Part shown: positions 32,695 through 44,600 of the stretch, in pieces
Layout: every line of letters starts with the position of its first letter
How positions within the stretch are numbered: the stretch's first letter is position 1
Assembly (NCBI GenBank): GCA_965220085.1
Contig: CBDCOZ010000003.1
Span: forward strand, 1,312,001-1,376,000
DNA from: Candidatus Oxydemutatoraceae bacterium
Lineage (GTDB): Bacteria > Pseudomonadota > Gammaproteobacteria > Poriferisulfidales > Oxydemutatoraceae
Reading direction: 5' to 3'
Length of the DNA stretch: 64,000 nucleotides
Program-made: the position numbers and the translations under genes
The notes under the pieces: generated by a model
Database searches by the model: none
The model's input: the letters and a program-made list of their open reading frames with translations, nothing else
What the model was told of the DNA's origin: nothing

Positions 32695-35600
32695 TTACCG
32701 GAGGGGGCCTTCGAGGAAGACGCGCAAGCGGATCCGGATTCCGACATCGACATCGGGTCGCTCCGTCGCCATAATGGTAATGGTCAGCATAAACGGAGCG
32801 GATACCACCATCTCGCGATTGGGTTCTCTGAACGAAGCCCGCACTATTATGGTACGCGTCTGCTCCGTCTCAAGGTCCGGCGCGTCGTTCGCCAATGTAA
32901 TCGCGCCGCTGGCAGGGTCAATCGCGAACAAGCCGCCGGGGTTCGTCACCAAGTTCCACGTCAGCCCTTCCGTCACTTCCGTGCCCGCTTCGTCGGTCAC
33001 CATAAGCCGGATACCCGGCACCGGCGCGCCGGCCCGCGCGCCCTCGGCAATGATACTGCCGGCGCCATCGCTGTCGGTAACCATCAATGTCTCCAGCACA
33101 TTGGTCAGGTTTATCGTCAGAACCAGCGTGGCCGGCTGATAACGGTCGACCACGGCGGTTACGGTGACGCTGTAAACGCGATCTTCGCTTTCGTAATCCG
33201 GCGCGGCTTTCGCCAGCGTAATCTCGCCGCTGGTGGAATTGATTGCAAACAAGCCCTCCGCATCATCGCTCAAACTCCATGTCACGCCGCTGACAATGGC
33301 AGCGGAGGCGGCTTCGTCCCGCGCTTGCAATGTCACGCCCGATATCGCCATGCCCGCCGTCGCCGTCTCCGCCACTGTGTTGGCGGTCGGGTTGATGTCG
33401 GTTATCGCCAGCGTTGTGTTGGCTTGCACCGCGTACGCATAGGCGGCGCGGATCGCTTCGCCGCCGTTGACGACGGCCGCAATATGATATATGTCTCCGT
33501 CGGCCGCGCCGGTCACATCATGCTTTGTCTCTTCCAAACCCGATGCGCCCGGCAAAGCGCCCCCGTTGCGGTAGATCGCATAAGCGACCGACCGACACGG
33601 GCTGCCGGCATCCCAAGGCGACGTATCCGGGGCCCTCCAGTTCAATCCGTGCACGCTCTCGTCATCGGCATCCGTTACCGTCGCGCTCACTCCTTGCGGG
33701 CCTTGGCGCAACTGGCAACCGAACTCTTCCCAACTCGGCGACGTAGCCGGATTGTCGTCAAAATCCGTCTTCAGCGCCGGGTATTGTTCGGCGCTGCCGA
33801 AGTCCCAATAGTCGGCGTTGCCGGCATTCCAATTCGCATAGATGCCGCCATAGCCGGTCGGCGCCCGCAACTCGGCGCTCGTCTGCGCGAGCGGCCCGTT
33901 CGTCTCGGCGTTGCCTTCAATGATGGCGTAGGCATCATCGACCGCGGGCACGGATATGTCGGCAGCCCAATAGACCGCGTCAAACACGGTGGTTTGATTG
34001 CTGTTAAAGCCGGCGATACCGCCGCGCTCGGCGGCATCCGCGGCAATCGGCGCGACCGCGTAGGCGTATGTGAGCGTTGACGCGCCTATCCGGCCGACCA
34101 AACCGCCCGCCCGCGCATCGTCGGTGGCGCCGATGTAACCGGTCGCATAGACATGCTCCGCAACGGCGCCGTCCCCAAGCGAGCCGGCTATGCCCGCGAC
34201 TTCCTGAGCAGCCGATGCGGCGCCGCTCGTGTAACTGCGCCGCAGCGCGCCGCCGCCGGCAATCTGCCCCGCCAACGGCGCGGCGCGGAGCCGCCCGCCG
34301 CTGACCGATACCGCCGAATAGACCTCTTCTATCGTCGTCCCCGCGGCCAAGCCGACCACGCCGCCGGTATCGCTGCTGTTAGCGCCCGCCGTCACCGAAC
34401 CGGTCACGCCGAGATTGGAAATCGTCGTCTCGCCGGTCGCTCCGAACAGCCCCTGCCGGTTAGCATCGCGCTCGATAAACAGGTTATAGATCGCATGGCC
34501 TTTGCCGTTGAAAACGCCGGTGAATCGTGTCGCGGAATTGCCTAACGGCGACCAACCCGCGCCGCCTTCGTCACGGGTCCAACCATTGAGTCCGGCATTG
34601 AGGATGCCATAATCGTTCGGGTCTTCAAAGTCCAAATCGCGCGTCAACTCATAACCTGTGCAACCGCCCACGGCGGGGCAACCCATCCCGTCCAAAGCGC
34701 TCGCAAACGCGTGGGTCGCCGCGTAAGCCGCCGCATCGTCTGCCGCCGCCGAACCGTCGCCGTCGAGATCAAAAGCGACCGCGCCCAGTTGCTCCAGCCG
34801 CGTGATCTCTATCAGGCCATCGTCATCGACATCGTAATCGCGACCCGCGCGCACCGCGCTCCGACCCGCTTCGCCGCCGTCGATGAGCACCGCCACGCGA
34901 TAACTCAGCAGGCCCGAGGCATCGCTGTCGACATAGCGCCTCTCCGCGGTCACGCCCCGGGCGACGCTGCCGCGATACACCCGATACCTCACGCCCGCGG
35001 CCGGGTCCGCATCCGGCGCGCTCCACTCAAGAATGACGACGTTGCCGGTCGTCTGCAACGGCTCCAGTATCGGCGCCGCGCGCAACTGATTGCCGAACTC
35101 CTGCCACGTCACCTCGTTGTCGCCGTTGACATTCGCCTGCAACGCGGGATACTGCGCAGCGCTGCCGAAGTCCCAGTAATCGCTGCCATCGTCATCCCAA
35201 ACCCCGTAGATGCCGCTATAGCCGGTCGGCGCCTGCAAAACGGAGGTCAACCTCCCGCCGAGATCAGACGTGCCGCCCGTACCGCCGGCCAAGGCATTAT
35301 TCAGACCCGAGGTCACGGTATCCCAGTAGCTCGGCGCAAATGTCGCGGCGCTGCCAGGCGCAGCGCCGCCGATACCGCCGCCGTTGGCGGCATCCGCGTC
35401 GATATAGGCGGTGGAATAGCCGTACTTCAGTTGCGCCCGACCGACCGCGCCGAGCAGACCGCCGGTCGCCGTCGTCGCGCCGACAAAGCCGGTCGCGTAC
35501 GCATGCTCCGCCGCCGTCGTAATCGCCGTAGTGGTGGATATGTCGTGCGCCGCGCCGATCAGGCCGCCCGCCTGTCCGTCGGCGCGCACCACGCCGGTGG

Positions 35601-38600
35601 CATAAGCCGCGCGCACCGTGCCGCCGCCGTGATAACCCAGCAAGGAGCCCGCCGCCTGCGCGCCGGTCACGTTGACCGACGACCAAATCTGCTCCAATGT
35701 GCCGCCCGCCAAAGAACCGGCGATGCCGCCGACATTAGCGCCGCTCGCATCGATGTCGCCGATTACGCCGACATTGCGCACCGTGCCGGCGGCGCCGACG
35801 ACGCCGAACAGCCCGCGGTCATCCCCGGCGCCGACAACATTCAAGTCGCTAACCGTTTCGCCGTTGCCATCCAGCGTCGTCGCAAAGGGAGCCTTCGCCG
35901 TGCCAATCGGCGTCCATTCGCCGTCCAGAGCGAGGCTGTTAGCCAGCTCATAGCCGACGCACTCGCTCGGGCAACCCATGCCGGGGACGGCCTCGGGGAA
36001 GGCCGCCCTATATGTCGGCGCGCTTGCCGTCGGCGAGCCGTCGCCGTTCAAATCAAACCGTATCGCATCAAACTGCGCCGCCGTCGCCACTTCTATCAGG
36101 CCGTCATCATCGGCATCGTAATCAATCAAACCCGACTCTGCCGCGCCGCGGCTCGCCTCGCCGCCGTCGATCACCGCCGCCACATAGTAGAAATAGGATA
36201 CGCCGGCGACCGCGGTGTTATCGACATGCGTCAGCGCCGAAGTGCTCGCCAGCGCCGGCAAGGCGCCGTCGCGATACACGTTGTACGCAAGCGCCGGGGG
36301 CGGGTCGCAGTGCGACACCTCCGGCGCCGACCACGTCAGCGTGCGCGCAGAAGCGAGACCCGATACCGTCAGCGCCGGCGCCGCGCGCGCCTGACAACCG
36401 AAATCTTGCCAGTTCGGCGGTGTCGCCGGGTCGCCGTCAAAATCAACCCGCAGCGCGGGATACTGCTCGGCATCGCCGAAGTCCCAGTAATCGGTCGCAT
36501 TGCCGGCGGCATCGGCGGCATCCCAGTCAGCGTAGATGCCGCTGTAATCGGTCGGGAATTGCAACGCGATGCTCGTGTGCGCGCCGACGCCGGCAGCGAG
36601 ATCGGTCGCCTGCGCCGAGGCGTCGCTGTCCCAATACGTCGCCGCAAACACGCCGTTGCCATCGCCGGTGACGCCGCCGCGCATCGCGCCAATCGGCAAC
36701 GCCGTCGAATACGCGTAGCGCGCGGTCGCGCCGCCGGCGAGGCCGATCAAACCGCCCGCGACCGGAGCCGACACCCTGCCGGTCGCATACGCATGCTCCG
36801 CCGTCGCCATAACGCTCGTGCTGTCGCCGATCAGACCGCCGCCCGAGCCCGTCGTCGCCGTCACCGAACCGGCGGCATAACTCGCGCGCACGACGCCGTC
36901 GCCCGCCAAACCGACCAAGCCGCCGACGGCCGTGTCGCCCGCCGCCGCCGCCGTCGCGTAAGAAGCCGACAGCGCGCCGCCGTTCAGACGACCGAGCAAC
37001 CCGCCGACATTGTCGCCGCCCGACGCCGCGCCGGCGGCGGCGAGGCGAGACAACGCGCCGCCGCTCAGGCGACCGACGACAAGACCGACATTGTCGCCGC
37101 CCGCGACCGCGCCGCGCACGGCAAGGTTTGACACCTTGCCGTCGCCGCCGACCACGCCGAACAGACCCTGATCATCGGCGCCGCCGCGATCGATGCGCAG
37201 ATTCGCTATCTCCAAACCGTTGCCGTCAAAGGTCGTCGCGAACTCCGTCGTCGCATCGCCCAGCGGCGGCCAGCCGGCGGCGCCGGCCCACGCCGTGCCC
37301 GTCGTGCCTTTGAAGTCCAGATCGTTCATCAACTCATAACCGACGCAGGTCTGATCCTTGCAACCCATGCCGCGCACCGACGCCGGGAAAGCCGCCCGAT
37401 AGGTCTGCGAACTCGCGGGTGCCGGTTCGCCGTCGCCATCCAAGTCAAAGCGAATCGCGTACAGTTGTTCCGGGCTCTCTATCTCTATCAGACCGTCGTC
37501 ATCGGCATCGTAATCGTTCAGCGCGCCCGACGCCCGGCTGCCGCTGCGCGAAGCCTCGCCGCCGCCGACCGCCGCCGCCACCGCATACGCAAAGTCGTCG
37601 CCGAGCCGCGCAGCCGCGTCGGCGTAGGTCGTCTCGCTCAAACCGGTCGCGATCGCCGCCCGGTTGCGATACACGGTATACGTAACGACCGGCTCCGGCG
37701 ACCAATGCGATGTCGTCACCGCCGTCCACGACAACTCGCGCGCGCCGCTGTCCGCGCCCGTCACCGGCGACAACGCCGGACCTTCGCGCAACTGATAACC
37801 GAACTCCTGCCATGTGGGCGTGCCGTCGTTGTCAAAATCAACCTGTAGCGCCGGGTATTGCTCGGACGTGCCGAAATCCCAATAATCGGTCGCATTGCCG
37901 GAGGCATCGTTCGCGTTCCAATCGGCGTAGATGCCGGCGTAGCCGGTCGGCGATTGCAACATCGCGCGCACACGGGCGCTCGCGCCGGTCGCGCTGCCGG
38001 CCGTCGCCGTCGTCGCCGCCGCCGCGCTGTCCCAGTACGCCGCCATGAACGCGCCGCCGCCGCTGCCGATGAGGCCGCCGACGACAGCGCCCGCCGGCAA
38101 AGCGGTCGCATAGGCGTAGCGCGCCGTCGCGTTGCCGCCGGCGCCGATGAGGCCGCCGGCGCTCGCCGCCGAGACATGGCCGGTCGCATAGACATACTCC
38201 GCCGTCGCCGTAGAACTCGCGCTGCCTCCGAGCAGACCGCCGCCCGCCGCCGTCGCCGACACCGCGCCGCTCGCATAACTCGCGCGCACCGTCGCGCCAT
38301 CGGCCAAGCCCGCCAAACCGCCGACATAATCAGCGCCCGACACCGACGCCCGGGAATACGATTCCCGCAACGAAGCCGAGACCGCCCTGCCGACGATGCC
38401 GCCGACGTTGTCATCGCCCGCCACCGAACCGACCATGCGCACACGCGTGACGGCGGCGCCGCTCTCGGCGCGACCGACGATGCCGCCGACATTGTCGCCG
38501 CCCGATACCGAACCGCTCACGGACACGCGCCGGATCGCGCCGTCGTCGCCGACGACGCCGAACAGACCCTGATCGGCGTCGCTGCTGCGATCGATGCGCA

Positions 38601-41600
38601 GGTTGGCTATCTCAAAACCGTTGCCGTCAAAGGTCGCCGCAAACGCCGCCGTCGCATTCCCAATCGGCGTCCAGCCGGCGCCGCGCGTCCACGCCCCGTT
38701 GTCGGTCGATGTCATGTAGTGCGCGGCGTTGTCAAAGTCCAAACCTTGCGTCAACTCGTAGCCGACGCAACCGCCCACGGCGGGGCAACCCCGCCCCGGC
38801 GGCGCGCCGACAAACGCCGCGGCGTAAGCCGCCTCATCGCCCGCCGCCACGACGCCGTCGCCGTCCGCGTCATATGCCATCGCCGCCAGTTGCTCCAATG
38901 CGCTGATCTCTATCAAACCGTCGTCATCGGCGTCGTAATCCAGCACGCTCGACGTCGCCGCCGCGCGCGCCGCCTCGCCGCCGTCGATCACCGTCGCGAC
39001 CTGATACAGATACGAGCGCACCTCCGGCGCCGTATCGTCATGGCTCGTCCCGCCGATGACCGATGCGATCTCGCTGACCTCGGCATACTCGGTCGCCTGA
39101 TTCGCGCCGGTGCCGGTGGTAATCCGATAGACCGTATAACGCACATCCGCCGACGCGCAACCCGCTATGCCCGCCGTCTCTGCGGCGCTCCAACTCACGG
39201 CGCGCCGTTCGCTCGCGCCGCTCACCGTCAAATCGCTCACGCCCGAGCGCAACTGACAGCCGAACTCTTGCCAAGTCGCCGCATTATCGCCGTCAAAGTC
39301 CGCCTTCAGCGCCGGATAGTCGTCGGCGCCGCCGAAGTCCCAATAGTCGGTCGCGCCGCCGTCGTCCCAGTCGGCATAGATGCCTCCGTAGCCCGTCGGG
39401 GTTTGCAAAGCGCCGCTCGTTTGCGCCATCGCGCCGCTCACGGCGCCGTTGCCGACCGCGGCGGCGCGTCCCGCGAGCGCGGCATCCCAGTACGCCGCCG
39501 CCAGCGTCGGACTGCCCGACGCCCTGCCGATTACGGCCGCCGCCGTCGCTGTCGTCGGGGCGACCAGCGCCGTCGCATAGCCGTACTGCAGACGCCAGCC
39601 GCCTTCGCCGGAGCCAATCAAACCGCCGGCATAGCCGTCCGCCGCCACATAGGCGGTGGCATAGACATGGCTCGCCGACGAAGCCGCGTTCATAAACCCG
39701 ATCAAACCGCCCGCGGATTCGCTCGTAAGATCGCCGGCGCGAGTATCGACCACGCGACCGCTGGCGTAACTGCGCGTCGCCATGCCGCCGTCCAAATAGC
39801 CGACCAAGCCGCCGAGATGCATGCTGCCGCTGACCGCCGCCGACGACCAACTGCGATCGATCAGAGCGCCGTTATCCGCGCGCCCGACCAGACCGCCCGC
39901 CTGTTGTCCGCTGTCGGCCTCGGCGGCGCCGGCGACCGCGCTGCCGCTGGCATAACTGCGCCGCACCGTGGCGGCATCCGCATAGCCGGCCAAGCCGCCC
40001 AGATACATGTCGCCGCTGACCGCCGCCGACGACCAACTGCGATCGATCAGAGCGCCGTTATCAAGCCGCCCGACCAGGCCGCCCATCTGCCGCCCGCCGC
40101 CGGCCTCGGCGGCGGCGACCGTGCCGCCGCTGGCATAGCTGCGCCGCACCGCGCCGCCGTTGACGTAGCCGGCCAAAGAGCCGACGCGCTCATAGCCCGT
40201 GACCGACACCGACGACCAACTGTCTTCCGCCGCGCCCGCCAACTCGCCGACCAAGCCGCCGATAGCCGTCGCCGTCCCGGCCACGGCGACCGAACCGGCG
40301 ACGCCGAGGTTGCGCGCGACGCCCGACGCGCCGATGCGCGAGAACAAACCCTGCGCCGTCTGACTCGCGTCGCGATTGATATAGAGGTTTGATATCGCAT
40401 AGCCGTTGCCGTCAAACACTTTCTCAAAAGAGCCGTCGGACCAGAGCGCGTCCCAGCCGCCGACCGCGCCGGTGTTCTGCCAGCCGGGGTTTATGCTGCC
40501 GCTCGCATAACTCGCGGCATCGGCAAAGTCCAGATCGTTCATCAGCTCAAAACCGAGGCAATTCAGCGCCGGCTCGTCCTCCGTCGGCGGCATACCGGCG
40601 ACCGGCGGACAGCCCAGGCCCGGCACGGTGTTCGGAAACGCCTCTCGAAAAGCGGCGGACGATGGCATATCTATCGCCGCCAGTTGCTCCAGCGTCGTGA
40701 TCTCTATCAGGCCGTCTTTGTCGCTGTCGTAACCGGCAAACGCGCGCTCGGCGGCGGCGCTGCGGGTCGCCTCGCCGCCATTGACCGCCGCCGCTATGTG
40801 ATAGCTGTACTCGCCGCCGGCAGCGCTCGGGTTGATCGGCTCGCGCTCCGTCTTCGTCAGTCCCCGCGCCAACAACAGCCATGCCGTCGTCGCCGTGCTC
40901 TCGTACACATACAGGTTATAGGTCACTGGCACCTCCTCGCTCCAGTGCGAGGTATCGGGCGCGCTCCAACGCAGCTTCCGCGACGGCGTCCCGTCATTTC
41001 TGAGCATCCTGTCATCGCTTTCGACCGTCAACACCGGCGCGTCGCGCAACTGATAACCGAATTCCTGCCAAGTCGCCGCCTCGCCGTTGTCATCAAAGTC
41101 GATCTTCAGCGCCGGGTACTGTGTCGCGGCGCCGAAATCCCAATAGTCGGTACCGTCGTCATCCCAAGTCGCGTAGATGCCGCCGGCATAGCCGGTCGGC
41201 GCTTGCAACTCGGCGCTCGTCAGGCCCTGTATGCCGCTTACCGTCGCGCCGCCCGACACCAAACCGACGCTGTTGTCCTGACTCGTCACGCCGCGGTCCC
41301 AATACGCCGCCGTCGCCGAGTAATTGCTGTTGTCGAGGCGACCGCCGAAACCGCCGCTGGCCGTCGCCGCCGCCGACAGCAACGCCGTCGAATAAGCATA
41401 CTTCAACTGCGCCCGTCCCATATGCCCGATTAAACCGCCGGCGTTGCCGCCGTCGCCCGCAGTGCGCGACGCATCGACAAAGCCAGTCGCATAGACATGC
41501 TCGACAGTACTGTCGGCGGCAGCGGCGGCGCCGAGCAAACCGCCGCTCTCGGCCGCGCCGCTCGCGGAACCGGTCGCATAGCTCGCGCGCACCGTGCCGC

Positions 41601-44600
41601 CGTTGTTCAAGCCCGCCAGCGAACCGACCCATGTGCCGCCGGCAGCCGACACCGCCGAATACGAGCGTTCTATCGCGCCGCCGGCCAATTCTCCGGCGAT
41701 GCCGCCGATGCGATCGTTGTCGGCGCCGCCGCTGACCGAACCGGTCACGCCGACATTGGACACCGCGCCGCCGGCGCCGATGACGCCGAACAAGCCCTGC
41801 CGATCGTTGCCATCCGCGGCGCGCTCGATACGCAGGTTGGCGATCGTATGCCCCTTGCCGTTGAAAGTCCCGACAAAGCGATTCGTGTTATCGCCGATCG
41901 GCGTCCAGCCCTCTTCTTCGTCGCTCGTCCAGGCGAGATTCACCGTGCCCGAGCCATAACTGGCGGGATCGTCAAAATCCAAGTCATTGCTCAACTCGTA
42001 ACCGATGCAATGCGCCCCCCCCGGTTGGGCGGGAGCCGGGCAACCCATGTTCGGCTGCGGGTTGAGAAAGCCCGCCTCGTACGCATCCTGATCGCCCGCC
42101 GCGACGACGCCATTGCCGTCCAAGTCGTAGCGCACCGCGTTCAACTGCTCCAAGGTCGCGATGTCTATCAGGCCGTCGTCATCGGCATCGTAATCGGTCA
42201 CGCCTTGCACCGTGATGCGCGCGCTGCGCGCCGCTTCGCCGCCGCTGATTAATACCGCCACTTGGTATCGCGGCGCGGCGCCCAAATCGGCATCGCTATC
42301 GGTGTGTTCGGTGGCCGTCAGGCTCATCGCATCGGCCAAAGCGACGTTGTCGCGATAGACGCGGTAGCGCAGGTCGGATGCCGACAGCGCGCGGTCGGGG
42401 TCGCTATCCCAGTGCGATATATCCGGCGCGTCCCAACTCAGCTGCGCCGCGCCCATGTCGTCCGTGGTCTCAAACGCGCGCAAGGTCAAACGCACGCGCA
42501 ACTGATAGCCGAACTCCTGCCAACTCGCCTCCTCATCCTCCTCGTCGAACACCACTTTCAGCGCCGGATAGGAACCCGGCGTGAAATCCCAATAGTCGGT
42601 GCCGTCTTCGTTCCAAAGACGATAAATCCCCTCATAGTCCGACGGCGCTTGCAAAGCGGCGGTCGACTGCGCCGTCGCATCGAAGGTGAAAAACCTAGTC
42701 GAGCCAGAACCAAACCGCCGATTCGATGACGTCAGCCCCGACGTGTCGCTATCCCAATATGTCCCCCCACGGACTATCGGATCTGATGTCGCCCCGCCGA
42801 CCAGACCGCCCCTCGTCGGCGCGTCGATCAGCGCGGTCACATAGCCATAGCGCAGCGTACTGCCGCGGATAGCGCCCAGAATTCCGCCCGCAGACCCAGA
42901 CTGACCCGACTTCACGAAACCGGTCGCGTAGACATGCTCCACAGGAGTCCTACTGTGACCGCTTTCGGCTATCATGAAGCCCGCCAGACCGCCGCCGGAC
43001 GAAGCGGTTACGGTTACGTAGCCGCTTGCATAACTCGTCCGCACCGTAGCCCTGTCGATATAGCCGACCAAGGAACCGATATTATTGGCGCCGCTCACCG
43101 CCGCCATCGAATAACTGCGCTCAACCGCAGCACTGCCGCCGGTCAAGTGACCGACCAGACCGCCGATGCTGCCATTGCCGGTCACGCTGCCCGACACGCC
43201 GACGCGGCTGATCGTACCGCTGACAAAACCGAACAAGCCCTGGGCGTTCGTCTCCGGCCGATTGATATGCAAGTTGTATATCGTGCGGCCTTTGCCGTCA
43301 AATTTCGCTATAAATCTCGTCTGGCGAGTGTTGCTATCGCCAATCGGCGTCCAGCCTTCGCCGCTCGTCCAAGCGGCTTGGTTGGCGCTATCGGCGTAGT
43401 CGTTGGCGTCTTCAAAGTCCAGATCGCGGGCCAACTCATAACCGGTGCAAACTGACGGACAACCCATCCTAAACGGCGGGCGCGGGAAGGCCGCGGCATA
43501 CGCCTCCCTATCTTCCGCCGACAACACGACGTCGACGCGGGGGTGATAACGCACGGCGTCCAGTTGCTCCAGAGTGCTGACTTCTATCAAGTTGTCATCG
43601 TCGACATCGTAGTCCAGCAGAGCCGGGCCGAGCGTGGTGCGCAACGCCTCGCCGCCGTCTATCACCGCCGCCACCGCATAGTCATGCTGCGCTGCGCCGC
43701 CGGGCAACACGTCGTTATCGGTATGCGGCGTCAAGGCTGTCTTGTCGTCGCGATCGGCGGCCAACTCGGTCAGAACATCGCCGCGCAGGCGGTAGATGCG
43801 GTAGGTCAGCGTCGGCGGCGGATCCCAGTGCTCCAGATTCGGCGAATTCCATTCCAGCGCGCGACCGTTGATCAGATTGTCCGCCGCGGTCAGCGACAAC
43901 CTGCGACGCAGTTGATAACCGAATTCTTGCCAACTGACTTCGTTGTCGTCGTTAAAATCAACCTGCAACGCCGGGTAGTCGCCGCCGATGCCGAAATCCC
44001 AGTAGTCGCTGCCGTCGTCGTTCCACAGGGCCGTCGATGCCCTCTCGCTGATGCCGCTGACATCGCCGCCGGGGGAGGCGGTCTCAGCCGCCGTCACATG
44101 GGCATCCCACCACACCCCCTGGAAACTGCCCATGCCGTCGCCGCTGACGGCGCCGCCGCCGATCGACAGCGTCCGCGCGTAGGCGTAGCGCACCGTCGCA
44201 ACGCCGCCGCCGCCGATCAAGCCGCCGCCGGCGGCGGATGTCACCCTGCCGCTCGCGTAGACATGCTCGACCGTCGTCGCCGTATTCGCCGCGGCGGCGC
44301 CGCCGACCAGACCGCCGCCCGAGGTCTCGGCATCGACGCTGCCGGTGGCATAACTCGCGCGCACCGCGCCGCCGTCGATATAACCGAGCAGAGAACCGAT
44401 GTGTTCGTCGCCGCTCGCCGCCGCCGTCGAATACGATTGCTCCAGCGTCCCGCCGCGCAACTCGCCGACGATGCCGCCGATGCGATCATCGCCCGTCACC
44501 GCGCCGCTGACGCGAACGCGCCTGATCACCGCCTCGCTGCCGGCCACGCCGAACAGGCCTTGCGCGCTGCTCGCCGGACGGTTGATATGCAGGTTGGCGA

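Noticed and set aside
32482-34080. 532-aa plus-strand ORF
   Set aside because: It is antisense to the giant 2 C-terminus and the IS fragment, with no independent signal
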